DNA of 42,109 nt, taken from NCBI GenBank assembly GCA_036374055.1, contig DASUUN010000144.1, positions 1-42,109 of the forward strand. The letters run 5' to 3'. The DNA is from Burkholderiales bacterium (lineage in GTDB: Bacteria; Pseudomonadota; Gammaproteobacteria; Burkholderiales; SG8-39). Positions 42,101 to 42,109 of the stretch are shown piece by piece. The stretch's first letter is position 1, and every line of letters starts with the position of its first letter. The notes under the pieces were generated by a model. The model was given only the letters and a program-made list of their open reading frames with translations. It ran no database searches and had not been told where the DNA came from. The position numbers and the translations under genes were made by a program.

Positions 42101-42109
42101 CGGATCGGC

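Noticed and set aside
1-42109. CRISPR arrays, tRNA or rRNA genes, IS elements or transposases, and prophage genes.
   Set aside because: I saw no regularly spaced direct repeats. The only T-arm-like GGTTCGATTCC sequence is inside the tmRNA. No ORF shows DDE transposase, integrase or phage structural signatures.

Overview
High-GC (about 70%) chromosomal segment, probably from a betaproteobacterium (Burkholderiales-like). This placement is an inference from the ubiG-HAD phosphatase synteny, the tmRNA tag ANDERFALAA and a Bug/TctC-family binding protein. I call about 50 tightly packed genes, many with ATGA/GTGA stop-start overlaps. There is one tmRNA. I found no tRNA, rRNA, CRISPR array, transposase or integrase.

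Layout:
- 1-3.6 kb: housekeeping genes (ompA-like 3' end, ubiG, HAD phosphatase, MDR oxidoreductase, bioY, ssrA).
- 3.7-5.7 kb: lipoprotein, a two-methyltransferase operon and a divergent MerR-type regulator.
- 5.8-9.7 kb: LTA-synthase-like / BNR Asp-box / membrane protein operon.
- 9.7-20.5 kb: 12-gene catabolic cluster. It holds a Liv-type ABC transporter with a fused permease-ATPase, an FNR-type reductase, VOC, NMT1-like and NTF2-like proteins, and a divergent IclR-FAH-LLM monooxygenase-flavin reductase set.
- 20.5-21.9 kb: lower-GC orphan polyprenyl-phosphate sugar transferase.
- 22.2-26.1 kb: OmpR/EnvZ-type two-component pair, divergent from Met/His-rich periplasmic proteins and a signal-peptide-bearing SAM methyltransferase.
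- 37-42 kb: ordinary metabolism (ypfJ, FAH, Bug, CMD, PHB-depolymerase-type esterase).

The most unusual region is 26.1-37.1 kb. A five-gene, fully overlapping minus-strand operon encodes a B12-binding radical SAM enzyme, a 1099-aa TIR-STAND(P-loop)-helical-repeat protein, two UbiA-family prenyltransferases and a secreted protein. It lies next to a divergent TauD-family dioxygenase with a 39-aa membrane ORF. About 4 kb away sits a second TIR protein with Toll-receptor-like topology (cytoplasmic TIR, one TM helix, periplasmic FGE-sulfatase domain), followed by an MFS transporter. I regard this as the candidate undescribed system.

All family calls are motif-level recognition by eye. No database search was run.
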